Virus record (IMG/VR): IMGVR_UViG_3300028805_002025 | Span: 32,001-96,000 of that record | Direction: 5' to 3' (one strand) | DNA from: a virus | Taxonomy: Duplodnaviria > Caudoviricetes | Length of the DNA stretch: 64,000 nucleotides | In this document: positions 1 to 9,425 of the stretch, piece after piece | How the letters are laid out: the number at the start of each line of letters is the position of its first letter | How positions within the stretch are numbered: the stretch's first letter is position 1 | Notes under the pieces: model-generated | What the model saw: only the letters and a program-made list of their open reading frames with translations | Told to the model about the DNA's origin: nothing | The model's database searches: none | Program-made: the position numbers and the translations under genes

Positions 1-59
1 CAAATACTACTAAAATCTCATTCATTGTAACCATGACCTTATCTTTTTATTTTTCTGCT

Positions 60-93
60 TGCAAAATTAGACAAAAAATCTGAGATTACCAAA
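60..93 (-). promoter_or_regulatory. Bacteroidota primary-sigma promoter overlapping the nadE terminator
   Basis: TTTGG...TAATTTTGCA; hairpin AAAATCTGGGATTA/TAATCTCAGATTTT. Confidence 0.7.
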
Positions 94-132
94 TATAATC
101 CCAGATTTTTAATTTCTTTAACGTTATAGGTG

Positions 133-1074
133 TTACATCACCTTGCCGTTCTTCTCAGTAATCAGACCTCGGAAGATGTCGATGATGAACGGACGCTGCT
201 TGCGCTTGAACTCCGACTTGATGGAACGCTCGATGACCATTTCAACAGTAGCCTTTCCGTGCTTATTGCACAGGTCTTTAAACACTCCGTAGTCATAGTC
301 CTTGGCAACCACCATAGTCTTAATTCGTGGGTCAAGACCAACCCATGCACATAGAATCTCGTCCACGTCATCGTAGGTCTTTCCTGGGGCAATCTGAGCA
401 AGGTCTCCACCTTCTTTCACACCGTTACCATCGGTAGGCATAAGTGCAATGGATGCCTCAAGTGCCTTGGAATCCTTAAACACGTTCTTCTTCATCCACT
501 TAGCTAGACCGTACACCTCGTGCTTCCACAAACCACCGATTGGGTTGAAATCACCATCATCACCATGAATTGTCCAAAAGCCCAGGAAGTGCTCTGTGAG
601 GTTGTCAGTGTCCACCACCAGACCACGTGTCCTTGATGCAATGTCATACAGGGTGAGCATACGCAGACGTGCCTTAATGTTACCCTTTGAGATAGGAGTG
701 TCTGGAATTGTAGAAATGGTATTCTTGCAGAATTCACTCATAACTTCAAATGGCTTCTGGAGGTTAATCTCGTCAAAGGTGGTACAGAACTCATTACCAG
801 CCAGTGATGCAGCACTAATCTCGTCTTCCTTATTAGTTGAGCAAGGTAGACTGAATCCAGCAAGAACAGGTGCTTCACCACCCATGAACTTTGCCTGGTA
901 TCTTACCAGTGCTCTGTTGCACAATGCTGCGGTTACTGTGGAATCAATACCACCACTGATGCCCAATACAAGGCACTTAATGTTATTATCTGATACGTAC
1001 TGAACGATACCGTCTACGATGTTGTCAAACACCTTCTTGTAATTCAACGGTTCTGTTCTAAATGTCTCTACCAT
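133..1074 (-). CDS. nadE: NH3-dependent NAD+ synthetase (single domain)
   Basis: LGISGGIDS PP-loop, NIKARLRM, G-F-W-T-x-x-GD and LWKHEVY motifs; no glutaminase domain. Confidence 0.9.
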   Translation of the reverse strand: MVETFRTEPLNYKKVFDNIVDGIVQYVSDNNIKCLVLGISGGIDSTVTAALCNRALVRYQAKFMGGEAPVLAGFSLPCSTNKEDEISAASLAGNEFCTTFDEINLQKPFEVMSEFCKNTISTIPDTPISKGNIKARLRMLTLYDIASRTRGLVVDTDNLTEHFLGFWTIHGDDGDFNPIGGLWKHEVYGLAKWMKKNVFKDSKALEASIALMPTDGNGVKEGGDLAQIAPGKTYDDVDEILCAWVGLDPRIKTMVVAKDYDYGVFKDLCNKHGKATVEMVIERSIKSEFKRKQRPFIIDIFRGLITEKNGKVM

Positions 1075-1075
1075 A

Positions 1076-1888
1076 TTATTTCAATATTTTTAATTTTTGT
1101 TTATCTCTATATTCTTTATTATACTTTCTTATCTCCTCTTTATGGGTTTCACGATACTTTTTTTTCTTAGCCTTAAGTTCTTCTTTATGAGTCTCACGAT
1201 AAGATTTTATTTCTTGCTTATGGGCTTCACGCCATTCCCTAAGTTTTTTACTTATCTCTTCCCTATTAGCTTCACGATACTTTTTTTTATATTCTTTTTT
1301 TTCTTCCTTATGGGTTTCATAATACTCTTTATATTTTTCTTTATGATTATCATTATATGTTTTAAAATAGTCTTTTCTTTTTTCTTTTATTTCTTCTTTA
1401 TGAGAATGATAATAAACTCTTTGCAAAGCTAATAACCATTCTTTATTCTCTTCATAATATTTTTTAGTTATATTGTTAAGATGCTCTTTGTGCTCCCTAT
1501 AGTAACGTCTAGATTTTTCGTTGAAATATTCTTTATTAGCTTCATAATATTCTTTCTTGCGTTTCTTTTTTTCTCCATCAGTCAGTAGTGGCTTTTTACC
1601 TAGTTCACCACCTTTAGTCTTATTAAGAACAAAATAAGGACTATTATTACGATATTCACTTATCCAGTATTTTTCACGTTCAGCACCTTCTTCAACAGTC
1701 AAATCATTCTCAATGATTATCATTTTAGGATGCTCAACATGATGTTCGCTGCTGAATTTATATGTTGTTTCAGTTGAAATATGTTTATGCCTATAATGCC
1801 TTGACTTTGGATTAATGGTTCTACCAACATAAATGGTATTTAGTTCCTCCCATAGATAAACGTAAATATTATCTTTTTTCTCACTCAT
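1076..1888 (-). CDS. GIY-YIG-like putative homing endonuclease with long K/E/Y-rich helical tail
   Basis: YVY...IYVGRT...RH..H...E..WI..Y...LN motif; AT-rich insert between tyrS and nadE. Confidence 0.7.
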   Translation of the reverse strand: MSEKKDNIYVYLWEELNTIYVGRTINPKSRHYRHKHISTETTYKFSSEHHVEHPKMIIIENDLTVEEGAEREKYWISEYRNNSPYFVLNKTKGGELGKKPLLTDGEKKKRKKEYYEANKEYFNEKSRRYYREHKEHLNNITKKYYEENKEWLLALQRVYYHSHKEEIKEKRKDYFKTYNDNHKEKYKEYYETHKEEKKEYKKKYREANREEISKKLREWREAHKQEIKSYRETHKEELKAKKKKYRETHKEEIRKYNKEYRDKQKLKILK

Positions 1889-1941
1889 AGTAATATCTGT
1901 TTACTATAAATATTACTACAAGTGAGAAAAAGTCGATTTTT

Positions 1942-3231
1942 TTAAGAATTTTTCACAACTACAAGTGTATAATCTTTCTTACCCTTCTGGAGAAGCAGGT
2001 ATTTTCCGTTGATAAGGCTGCTCATGTCAATTACTGTCTTCTCGTCATTTACCTTCTCCTTGTTAATGGAGAAACCGTTAGCCTTGATGAGCTTACGAGC
2101 CTCTGACTTAGAAGGCACTTTATCGTGCATAGTAGCCAGGTCGATTACGGTCACACCACTGGAAAGCTGTTCCTTTGGAATCTGGGCAGTAGCAACCTCT
2201 CCCTTTATGAACTTCCATCCGTTCTCGTCTACGTCTTTGATATCAATGCCACCGAACAGGAATGCGGTAGCCTGTTCAACACCATCCAAGGCATCCTTGC
2301 CGTGAATCATGTCAGTCATGTACTCAGCCAGTCTTCTCTGCAATAAACGCTTGCTTGGGTTCTCACGGTGCTTGCTGATAAGCTCGGCAATCTCGTCTAA
2401 TGGGATAAGTGTGAAGAGCTTGATGTAACGCTCTGAGTCCTCGTCAGACTGATTCAGCCAGAACTGGAAGAACTCGTATGGGCTTGTCTTCTCTGGGTCA
2501 AGCCAAATGTTACCCTTCTCTGACTTACCGAACTTCGTACCATCAGCCTTCGTCACCAACGGCCAAGTCAACATACAGGCATCATCCTTACCAAGCATCT
2601 TACGAATCAGCTCAATACCAGTAGTACCGTTTCCGAACTGGTCACTACCACCAATCTGAAGCTTACAATCGTAATTCTTATACAGCTCAACAAAGTCGTA
2701 ACCCTGGAGAAGCTGATAGGTAAACTCAGTGAATGACATACCACTACCCTCACGTTCCAGACGCTTTTTAACAGAGTCCTTTGCCATCATGTAGTTAACG
2801 GTGATACACTTACCAACCTCACGTGCGAAATCGATAAATGAGAAGTTCTTCATCCAGTTGTAGTTATTGACCAGGATAGCAGCCTTGGGGTCATCGTTAT
2901 CAAAGTGAAGCAGCTTGCTCACCTGCTTGCGGATACCCTCGATGTTGTGCTCAACGGTCTCAGCACTCAGAAGCTTACGCTCCTCTGACTTAAATGATGG
3001 GTCTCCGATAAATGCCGTAGCACCACCCAAAAGAACAATAGGCTTGTGACCGTAGGACTGGAGCAACTTAGCGGTTGTAAACGCCAGCAAATGCCCAAGG
3101 TGAAGACTGTCCGCTGTGGGGTCAGTACCTACATAGAATACGGTTGGTTTACTAAGCAACTCTTCGAGGTTGCCAGAGAGACTTGCAATCAGTCCTCTCT
3201 CTTTCAATTCTTTAAGTAATGGATTATTCAT
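1942..3231 (-). CDS. tyrS: Tyrosyl-tRNA synthetase
   Basis: DPTADSLHLGH (HIGH), QIGGSDQ, KFGKS (KMSKS), C-terminal S4-like domain. Confidence 0.97.
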   Translation of the reverse strand: MNNPLLKELKERGLIASLSGNLEELLSKPTVFYVGTDPTADSLHLGHLLAFTTAKLLQSYGHKPIVLLGGATAFIGDPSFKSEERKLLSAETVEHNIEGIRKQVSKLLHFDNDDPKAAILVNNYNWMKNFSFIDFAREVGKCITVNYMMAKDSVKKRLEREGSGMSFTEFTYQLLQGYDFVELYKNYDCKLQIGGSDQFGNGTTGIELIRKMLGKDDACMLTWPLVTKADGTKFGKSEKGNIWLDPEKTSPYEFFQFWLNQSDEDSERYIKLFTLIPLDEIAELISKHRENPSKRLLQRRLAEYMTDMIHGKDALDGVEQATAFLFGGIDIKDVDENGWKFIKGEVATAQIPKEQLSSGVTVIDLATMHDKVPSKSEARKLIKANGFSINKEKVNDEKTVIDMSSLINGKYLLLQKGKKDYTLVVVKNS

Positions 3232-3247
3232 AAAATATTATCTAATG

Positions 3248-3484
3248 TTACAAACTATCTGTGTAAACTAGCAGTCTCCTTTTACTGAGTACAGCATTGA
3301 CGATTGAAAGCCTCTGCGCCTCCGTAATGGTTTCCTTCCTGGCTTTTCTCTTCTGCCTGGAGTTAGGGTTTCCATGCTCCTTTCTTCTAGAGCTGCTATT
3401 ACCCTTGTTTTTATTCTTGCCTCGCTTGAAAAAATACATAATCAATATAACAATCAATCCAATAACTAAATTTCTATTAGTCAT
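3248..3484 (-). CDS. Small basic membrane-anchored hypothetical protein
   Basis: Start moved to ATG just downstream of TAACTTTGCA promoter; N-terminal hydrophobic helix then K/R-rich tail. Confidence 0.5.
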   Translation of the reverse strand: MTNRNLVIGLIVILIMYFFKRGKNKNKGNSSSRRKEHGNPNSRQKRKARKETITEAQRLSIVNAVLSKRRLLVYTDSL

Positions 3485-3538
3485 TACGGGTGCAAAGTTA
3501 TAAAAAAAATCTGAAATAACAAAATTGTTTAACAAGTT

Positions 3539-4165
3539 TTAACCTGGCTGCTTAGGAATTAAGATTCTATACAGGTTACAACCTATTAAATTACCTAAAA
3601 GCTCAGATGCCCATATTGCCATTACACTGCCACTCAATATAATATGACTCTTGGTAAATACGAACTCCTGGCTACACAGGAAATAGAATGCATCTGCAAT
3701 ACTATGGGTGAAACCACACATGATAAAGAGAGGTACACCGAATAGCAATGGGGTGAGGTGTTTCTTTCTGGCAAAGTTAACTGCCGTTGTCATGATGAAT
3801 CCGCAACAGATGGCTGCAAGGAAGCAGTTGAAACAACCTGCACTAAGCCTCTTCTGGACTATCTGAGTAGACGTTTCGATAAGCTCTGGTGATGTACTCC
3901 ATAGAAGCATTGACATAAACCCACAGCCAATGGCATTGCCGAATATGATTATCATCAGCTCCATCCATTCCTTCGGACTCTTTGGATTGAAGAATCCTGC
4001 TGTACCAGTATAGAGTTTCAATGCATAGTGAACAACTGTGAGTAGTCCGAATGAGAAGAGTACAGCACCCCACAGACCGCCTACCTTCATAAACGCAGTA
4101 CCACCCATAGCGATACAAATACCAGCCAGGGCTGATGAATTAAACAATCTTACAAATTCCTTCAT
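3539..4165 (-). CDS. Formate/nitrite transporter (FNT) family channel
   Basis: About 6 TM segments, LAGICIAMG, LYTG, GNAIG, HSIAD, GNLIG motifs. Confidence 0.85.
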   Translation of the reverse strand: MKEFVRLFNSSALAGICIAMGGTAFMKVGGLWGAVLFSFGLLTVVHYALKLYTGTAGFFNPKSPKEWMELMIIIFGNAIGCGFMSMLLWSTSPELIETSTQIVQKRLSAGCFNCFLAAICCGFIMTTAVNFARKKHLTPLLFGVPLFIMCGFTHSIADAFYFLCSQEFVFTKSHIILSGSVMAIWASELLGNLIGCNLYRILIPKQPG

Positions 4166-4395
4166 AATTAATATCTTTTCTGCAAAGATATAAAAAATAA
4201 ACGAATTATCAAAATTACTTAACTCTATTTAACAAAAATGACCATCAACTCTCATCAATGGTCATTTAATTTATGGTAGAAATTAATCTAACTATAGTCT
4301 CGATTTTTTAATATTTTTTTAATAAAAATACTTGTTTTAATTACCCAAATGTTATTTTTTATGTGAGAGAGATATTTATTATAAAGATTTTAATT

Positions 4396-5523
4396 ATGGA
4401 AAAGATTACAGTTGAATGCATTAAAAAACTAGTTGGTAATAAGTATGATGTCATTTCATATAATGGAAGTAAAAAACCAGTTATATTATCTTGCCCCATT
4501 CACAGAGAATTTAAACTTAGGTTAGACCACATTAAAGAACACTTAAATGGAGACTTGTGCCCATACTGTATAAAAGAAAAAGAAGTCCACGAAAAGTTTC
4601 TTGAATTTGTGCGCAAGGGAAATGATACGCATAATGGGAAATATGTTTATCACGAAGAATGCTTCACCAATATGTCCACCAAAACAATAATAACCTGTCC
4701 GATACATGGAGACTTTGAACAAATTGCGAATAATCACGTCTGGGCTAAACAAGGATGCCCAAAATGCGCTAATGAACGTAAATTAGGGAAATACAAGTAT
4801 ACTAGAGAAAAGATTATTGAAATGTGTAAAAAAACTCATGGCGACAAATATATCTATGACGATATTGTGTTCCAAGGGATGAAGAAAAAAATACTCAACA
4901 TAAAATGTCCTAAACATGGGTATTTTGACCAAATTGCATATGACCATATAAAAGGATTTGGATGTGAACAATGCAAATTTGAAAATCAAACTATGGCAAA
5001 GGACGAATTTATTTCAAGGGCAACTGAGCTACATAATGGATTTTATAAGTATAATTCTGAAAATATGATATATGTTAACAACAATATTAAAGTTCCAATA
5101 ATCTGCCCAATTCACGGTGAATTCTGGCAAAGACCAGCATATCACTTAATGGGCGGTGGGTGTCCACATTGTCAAAGCTCAAAGCTAGAGTCAGAACTAA
5201 TGGACTTCTTTAAAGATAACGGCATCAACTTCATACATAAGTTCCATACAGACTGGCTTGGTAAACAGGAAATAGATTTATATCTGCCCAATTACAATGT
5301 CGGTATAGAATGCCAAGGGTTGCAGCACTTTGAAGAAGTAAAACAGTTTAAGGGTAAAGATGGACTTAAAGAAAGGCTAGAAAGGGACAGACGGAAGTTA
5401 ATATTATGTGGTGAAAATAATCTTAAACTACTATACTATAGTAATTTAGGGATTGAATATCCTTATCAAGTATTTGAGGATAAAGAAGAATTATTAAAAG
5501 AAATAAGAGGGACTAATGGTTAA
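4396..5523 (+). CDS. Zn-ribbon-repeat (DUF723-like) putative homing endonuclease with C-terminal PD-(D/E)xK domain
   Basis: Four CPxHG.F.Q...H..G.GCPxC modules, then DLYLP.YNVGIECQG.QH; AT-rich; opposite strand to neighbours. Confidence 0.8.
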   Translation: MEKITVECIKKLVGNKYDVISYNGSKKPVILSCPIHREFKLRLDHIKEHLNGDLCPYCIKEKEVHEKFLEFVRKGNDTHNGKYVYHEECFTNMSTKTIITCPIHGDFEQIANNHVWAKQGCPKCANERKLGKYKYTREKIIEMCKKTHGDKYIYDDIVFQGMKKKILNIKCPKHGYFDQIAYDHIKGFGCEQCKFENQTMAKDEFISRATELHNGFYKYNSENMIYVNNNIKVPIICPIHGEFWQRPAYHLMGGGCPHCQSSKLESELMDFFKDNGINFIHKFHTDWLGKQEIDLYLPNYNVGIECQGLQHFEEVKQFKGKDGLKERLERDRRKLILCGENNLKLLYYSNLGIEYPYQVFEDKEELLKEIRGTNG

Positions 5524-5534
5524 TCCCTCTTATT
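5502..5534. terminator. Bidirectional terminator hairpin
   Basis: AATAAGAGGGA...TCCCTCTTATT between convergent genes. Confidence 0.7.
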
Positions 5535-5543
5535 TTATTGCTA

Positions 5544-7214
5544 CTACAACTTAATGTAATTGAGTATTTCCTGGCTAAGCGCACTCATTACTAGTTCCTC
5601 AGCTGTTGGTCTACGGACTTGTCCAGTCTTCTCGTCTTTTACCATATCGTCTCCGACAAGCATACTGATAATACTTCCGTCAAATCCACTAAAGAAATGA
5701 CATCCTGGGTCATGGGCATTACCTTCATAATCGGTATTGCCATATCTAGCGGCAACATCCCACCAAATAAAGGTCATATTATCGACAAACTCAGCTGGGA
5801 ATACCTGCTTAAGAGTGTTCTTTGAGTACTCGTAATTGGTTGGCTGGGTACGCTCACGTGACCAGTAGCTTCCAGCAGGATTAAACTGCATATCCGATAC
5901 CGTTATAATGGTGGTAGGCCAGTCCTCCAGAGGAATCTCTGGGTGCTGCTTACGAATCTTCACAATCTCCTCGACGATTGACTGGAAGTTAGTTCCACCA
6001 GCAGGTACGCCTGGAAGCTGTGCAACTCTGTCGCAGAAGCCCTCACCCTTGATATCATATGGGTATGAAGTGTTATCGAACATGATAATCTTGTTGTGGA
6101 ATGCACCAGTGTTCAGCTCACCGAAGAACAGTGCGAGTGAGTTAGCAACATCACTGCAAGTAACACCGTTCAAGCCACGAACCTGTGAACCCATAGAGCC
6201 ACTGGTGTCAAGTGCGCACCACACATTACCAGTAATCTTACCGTTCTTACGTGCGGTATCCACCAGACCCATGAACTGAGCGTCGATGGTGTGCTTAACC
6301 TCTGGAGAGATTCTTGAAACACCGTAACCCCTGTACAGGCCAGCCTCACGAGCCTTCTTAGCAAGCTCGAACACGTAGCCAGTGAACTTAGCCACAGGCT
6401 TACCCATAATCCACTGAGTGTACGCATCCTTCAAGTTGTGATTTGCAAGGAACTTGCTGGTCACAAGAAGGTTCAATGCACGACCTGGGATATGATTCCA
6501 GTTCAGCTCACCATAGTTACGTGAACAGATAAGCTTCTGGAAGTCATGTGCATTACCACTGGTCTTGAGCTTGTTGTACTCCTTATATGAAAGGTTCATA
6601 AAGGAAGCAAACTCCTTAGCCAGCTTGTTGGTGGTTTTAGTCCACTCAGTCTTGCACTTGCTCTCGCTCTTGATACGAGGCATATACTTCTTCACCAGGT
6701 CAACATGGGTATCACAAAGAAGACCCTGGGCGATGATTTCGAACATTGCCTCATGCTTCAATGTGTTAAGACCCTCATGGATGTCGTAGAACAACATTGT
6801 CCAGATGTCCTTCCATGAACCAACAACAGGGAGTGCCCATAGGTTGTTGTAGAAGGTTGCAGGGTGTTCCTTTGCAATCCAAAGGAAACGCTTGAATGAC
6901 TCATCACGAGCACCCTGTCCGTTCTGAACCTTGTCGGTCTCGTTCTCCTTATTGACCTTGACCTTACGTGTAACCATACGAAGGTAGAATGGGAAACGCA
7001 GAGCTGCCTCAGCATTCTCATCCCAGATTCTAGACTGGTCGGTGAAGACATCTGCCAGAGGACGACCTCTGAAGTTACCTGCCTTACCGAACTGGTCAAC
7101 TATCTGGCTACCAGTTGTCACGTTTGTCACTGCACCATTCTCTGTGAGAGTGGTTGCTCTGAAACCTACTGTTTCAACGAACTTGTTCGTCTGTGTTCTT
7201 GTCTTCGTGTTCAT
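5544..7214 (-). CDS. DUF2828-like protein (TROVE-like helical domain plus vWA)
   Basis: TLTENGA N-terminus, GSWKD, K-Y-M-P-R, MIDAS DTSGSM, GTNF, SDMQF. Confidence 0.8.
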   Translation of the reverse strand: MNTKTRTQTNKFVETVGFRATTLTENGAVTNVTTGSQIVDQFGKAGNFRGRPLADVFTDQSRIWDENAEAALRFPFYLRMVTRKVKVNKENETDKVQNGQGARDESFKRFLWIAKEHPATFYNNLWALPVVGSWKDIWTMLFYDIHEGLNTLKHEAMFEIIAQGLLCDTHVDLVKKYMPRIKSESKCKTEWTKTTNKLAKEFASFMNLSYKEYNKLKTSGNAHDFQKLICSRNYGELNWNHIPGRALNLLVTSKFLANHNLKDAYTQWIMGKPVAKFTGYVFELAKKAREAGLYRGYGVSRISPEVKHTIDAQFMGLVDTARKNGKITGNVWCALDTSGSMGSQVRGLNGVTCSDVANSLALFFGELNTGAFHNKIIMFDNTSYPYDIKGEGFCDRVAQLPGVPAGGTNFQSIVEEIVKIRKQHPEIPLEDWPTTIITVSDMQFNPAGSYWSRERTQPTNYEYSKNTLKQVFPAEFVDNMTFIWWDVAARYGNTDYEGNAHDPGCHFFSGFDGSIISMLVGDDMVKDEKTGQVRRPTAEELVMSALSQEILNYIKL

Positions 7215-7253
7215 AATATATTTGACTTGTGTTTATCAATCTTTAATTCGTGG

Positions 7254-7324
7254 TGCAAAGATATATATTTTTTTTGAGATATCCAAATTTTTCGAGAACT
7301 TTTTTCGGAAAAAGTGTATTTATA
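7254..7324. promoter_or_regulatory. Back-to-back promoters: TTTG/TATCTTTGCA (minus) and TATTTATA (plus)
   Basis: Both motifs in the divergent gap; same layout at 4181-4380, 20498-20553, 32704-32777, 52526-52576, 63306-63375. Confidence 0.7.
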
Positions 7325-7356
7325 GGTATATTATAACGTTTATTAACTAAATTGAT

Positions 7357-7857
7357 ATGGACTATATAGCACAAATTATACGTGAAGAGGTGGAGAAGGT
7401 TATGCTTGACGAAAGGGTATATAAAAACCCAGAGGAGGAAAAGCATTTCAAGAACATAAGAAGACTACAACTCAAATACAAGAACAAGGGATACAGTGAT
7501 AAGGAAGCCCATGACCTTGCGGTTAAGAAGTACAAGGAAAAGATGAAGAAGAAAAAGGAAGCTGAGTACAGAATGCGTAAGAAAAAGGGCGGTGGTAGCG
7601 AGAAGTATGACTTCAAGAGGTATAAGGAAATGAACAAAGACGTGTCTTATGGAGACTGGAGACAGCTTGCAGACCGTATTGACCAGGAGAAGACAGATAT
7701 CGCAGCAGTAGCAAGAGAAGTGTTCCCAGACCATACTGATGAAGGCGGTCAGTCACAGCTTAGGAAGATTCTTAACGGTGAAAGACCTATGACCAACAGA
7801 GTTGCACAGAAACTCATGGATATGATTTCAAGTGGACAGATTGCAGTTAAGGCATAA
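7357..7857 (+). CDS. Basic hypothetical protein with possible C-terminal HTH
   Basis: 166-aa ORF; QSQLRKILNGERP resembles an XRE-type recognition helix; preceded by TATTTATA. Confidence 0.6.
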   Translation: MDYIAQIIREEVEKVMLDERVYKNPEEEKHFKNIRRLQLKYKNKGYSDKEAHDLAVKKYKEKMKKKKEAEYRMRKKKGGGSEKYDFKRYKEMNKDVSYGDWRQLADRIDQEKTDIAAVAREVFPDHTDEGGQSQLRKILNGERPMTNRVAQKLMDMISSGQIAVKA

Positions 7858-7863
7858 ATATAA

Positions 7864-7897
7864 AAAATGGACTATTACAGATTGTAGTAGTCCATTT
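7864..7897. terminator. Bidirectional terminator hairpin
   Basis: AAATGGACTATTACA-GAT-TGTAGTAGTCCATTT between convergent genes. Confidence 0.75.
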
Positions 7898-7901
7898 ATT
7901 T

Positions 7902-8864
7902 TTAGAGTGGGGCAGAGAAAAGTCTTTCCTGGTACTCCTTCCTCAGCTTTGCGAGGATTGTTGTCTCCATCTGTCTGATTCTCTCAGACGTAAGACCAAC
8001 TTCCTCAGCAACCTCAGAGAGTTCGAACTCTCTCTTGATTCCATTGACCTCTATGAGACCGAAACGCATCTGGATGACCTTCTGCTCACGTGGTGTCAGC
8101 ACTTCAAGCAGAGAAGAAACAAGTGCCTTCTGGAACTCTTCCTCAGACTTTGCCTCGAACTCGTTCTCACTTGCACTGGCACGGTTATAGTCCATGATTT
8201 CAGAGTGTCCTGCCGCATTCTCGTCAGTAACCTGGTAATCGTCAACCATTGTAACCTGTATGTCAAGAAGGTCGCTCTTGTCCTTGATGCCTTTCTTGAG
8301 TTTCTGGTTGACAATCTCCTTAAGCTCCTCTGAGCTTGGCATTCTCTCATTCTCCTGCATGAAGTCGCTTGTAGCCTTCGCAACGATACTCCAGGTCTTG
8401 GAGTTGTTGGTCCTATGTACAATGGGCTTTGTATTGTGATGGTATTCCTCAATAGCCCTCTTCACATACCACATGGCGTAGCTTGCAAACTTGAAACCCT
8501 TTCTGTAGTCGAACTTGTCAAGTGCCTCAGACAGACCGATGTTAGCCTCATTCACATAATCCAGAAGCGTGTCTGTTGTAGCCCAGTTCTTGGCTGCTGC
8601 TACACACAGTCTCTGGTTTGAATTGATAATGAGGTTACGAACCTCTTCTATCTTACCTTCAAGATAGATGCAGAGTTCCTTGTCGTTGTCATGCTTTGCA
8701 AGGGCAAGGGTATCCTTGTAGCCTTGCAGTTCTTCAAACATTTTGGTTTCCTCCTCCTTGGTAGGAACATCGAACTTTCGTATGTCGTTGTAGAAACGCT
8801 TGGTGTTCTCACTACGACATACAAGACCCGTGTCCGTTTGCTTCAGATTGATAACTAATGGCAT
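7902..8864 (-). CDS. Sigma70-family RNA polymerase sigma factor
   Basis: Region 2 (SNQRL, EANIGL..A..KFD, FASYAMWYV), region 3, region 4 (LTPREQ.VI..RFGL, LTSERIRQ). Confidence 0.92.
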   Translation of the reverse strand: MPLVINLKQTDTGLVCRSENTKRFYNDIRKFDVPTKEEETKMFEELQGYKDTLALAKHDNDKELCIYLEGKIEEVRNLIINSNQRLCVAAAKNWATTDTLLDYVNEANIGLSEALDKFDYRKGFKFASYAMWYVKRAIEEYHHNTKPIVHRTNNSKTWSIVAKATSDFMQENERMPSSEELKEIVNQKLKKGIKDKSDLLDIQVTMVDDYQVTDENAAGHSEIMDYNRASASENEFEAKSEEEFQKALVSSLLEVLTPREQKVIQMRFGLIEVNGIKREFELSEVAEEVGLTSERIRQMETTILAKLRKEYQERLFSAPL

Positions 8865-8897
8865 TGTTAATAAATTTTTATCGTTTGTAACTATTGT

Positions 8898-9425
8898 TTA
8901 ATTTTTCTTCTTTAATATCACAGATGTCCTGTTGCCCTCATCACGTGGAACTGTCTCTGGAACAGCGACATCCTCCAGCATAACGATGAACTCCAGTAAG
9001 GATTTCTTATTTTCCTCTCGCCTGGATAATTCCCTACCCTTCATGGTAAGTACCACTCTAACTCTGCTACCTTCCTCAATAAATCTCCTTGCGTTATTTG
9101 CCTTTGTTTCGAGGTCATGTTTAGCAATACTAACGCTAAGTTGTATCTCTTTAAGAGGTTTCGCATTCTGTTTAGTCTTCTTTGCGATTTTCTTAAGCTC
9201 ATATAACATCTTTTCGTAGTTGCATATCTTGAGTATAGGTATCTCCAGTTTACCCTGTATCTCCACCAGGTCTAACTCCATACCCTCTGCAATTCTACGT
9301 GCCTCCATTATTGGCACAACTTTGGACTCAATACCATCACCGACAATTCTTACATTGCCAGAGAAGTGAATATCATCATTAACCCTAAACCTTTGGGCTA
9401 AGTCATTTTTCTTTGGTTTCACCAT
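8898..9425 (-). CDS. infC: Translation initiation factor IF-3
   Basis: RVNDDI, VRIV, LDLVEI, KEIQL, I..HDL.TK, KGRE motifs; two-domain length. Confidence 0.93.
   Translation of the reverse strand: MVKPKKNDLAQRFRVNDDIHFSGNVRIVGDGIESKVVPIMEARRIAEGMELDLVEIQGKLEIPILKICNYEKMLYELKKIAKKTKQNAKPLKEIQLSVSIAKHDLETKANNARRFIEEGSRVRVVLTMKGRELSRREENKKSLLEFIVMLEDVAVPETVPRDEGNRTSVILKKKN

Noticed and set aside
1097-1432. Very hydrophobic Phe-rich ORF
   Set aside because: Antisense shadow of the Lys/Glu-rich helix of 1076-1888. Most other short opposite-strand ORFs in the track were discarded for the same reason.
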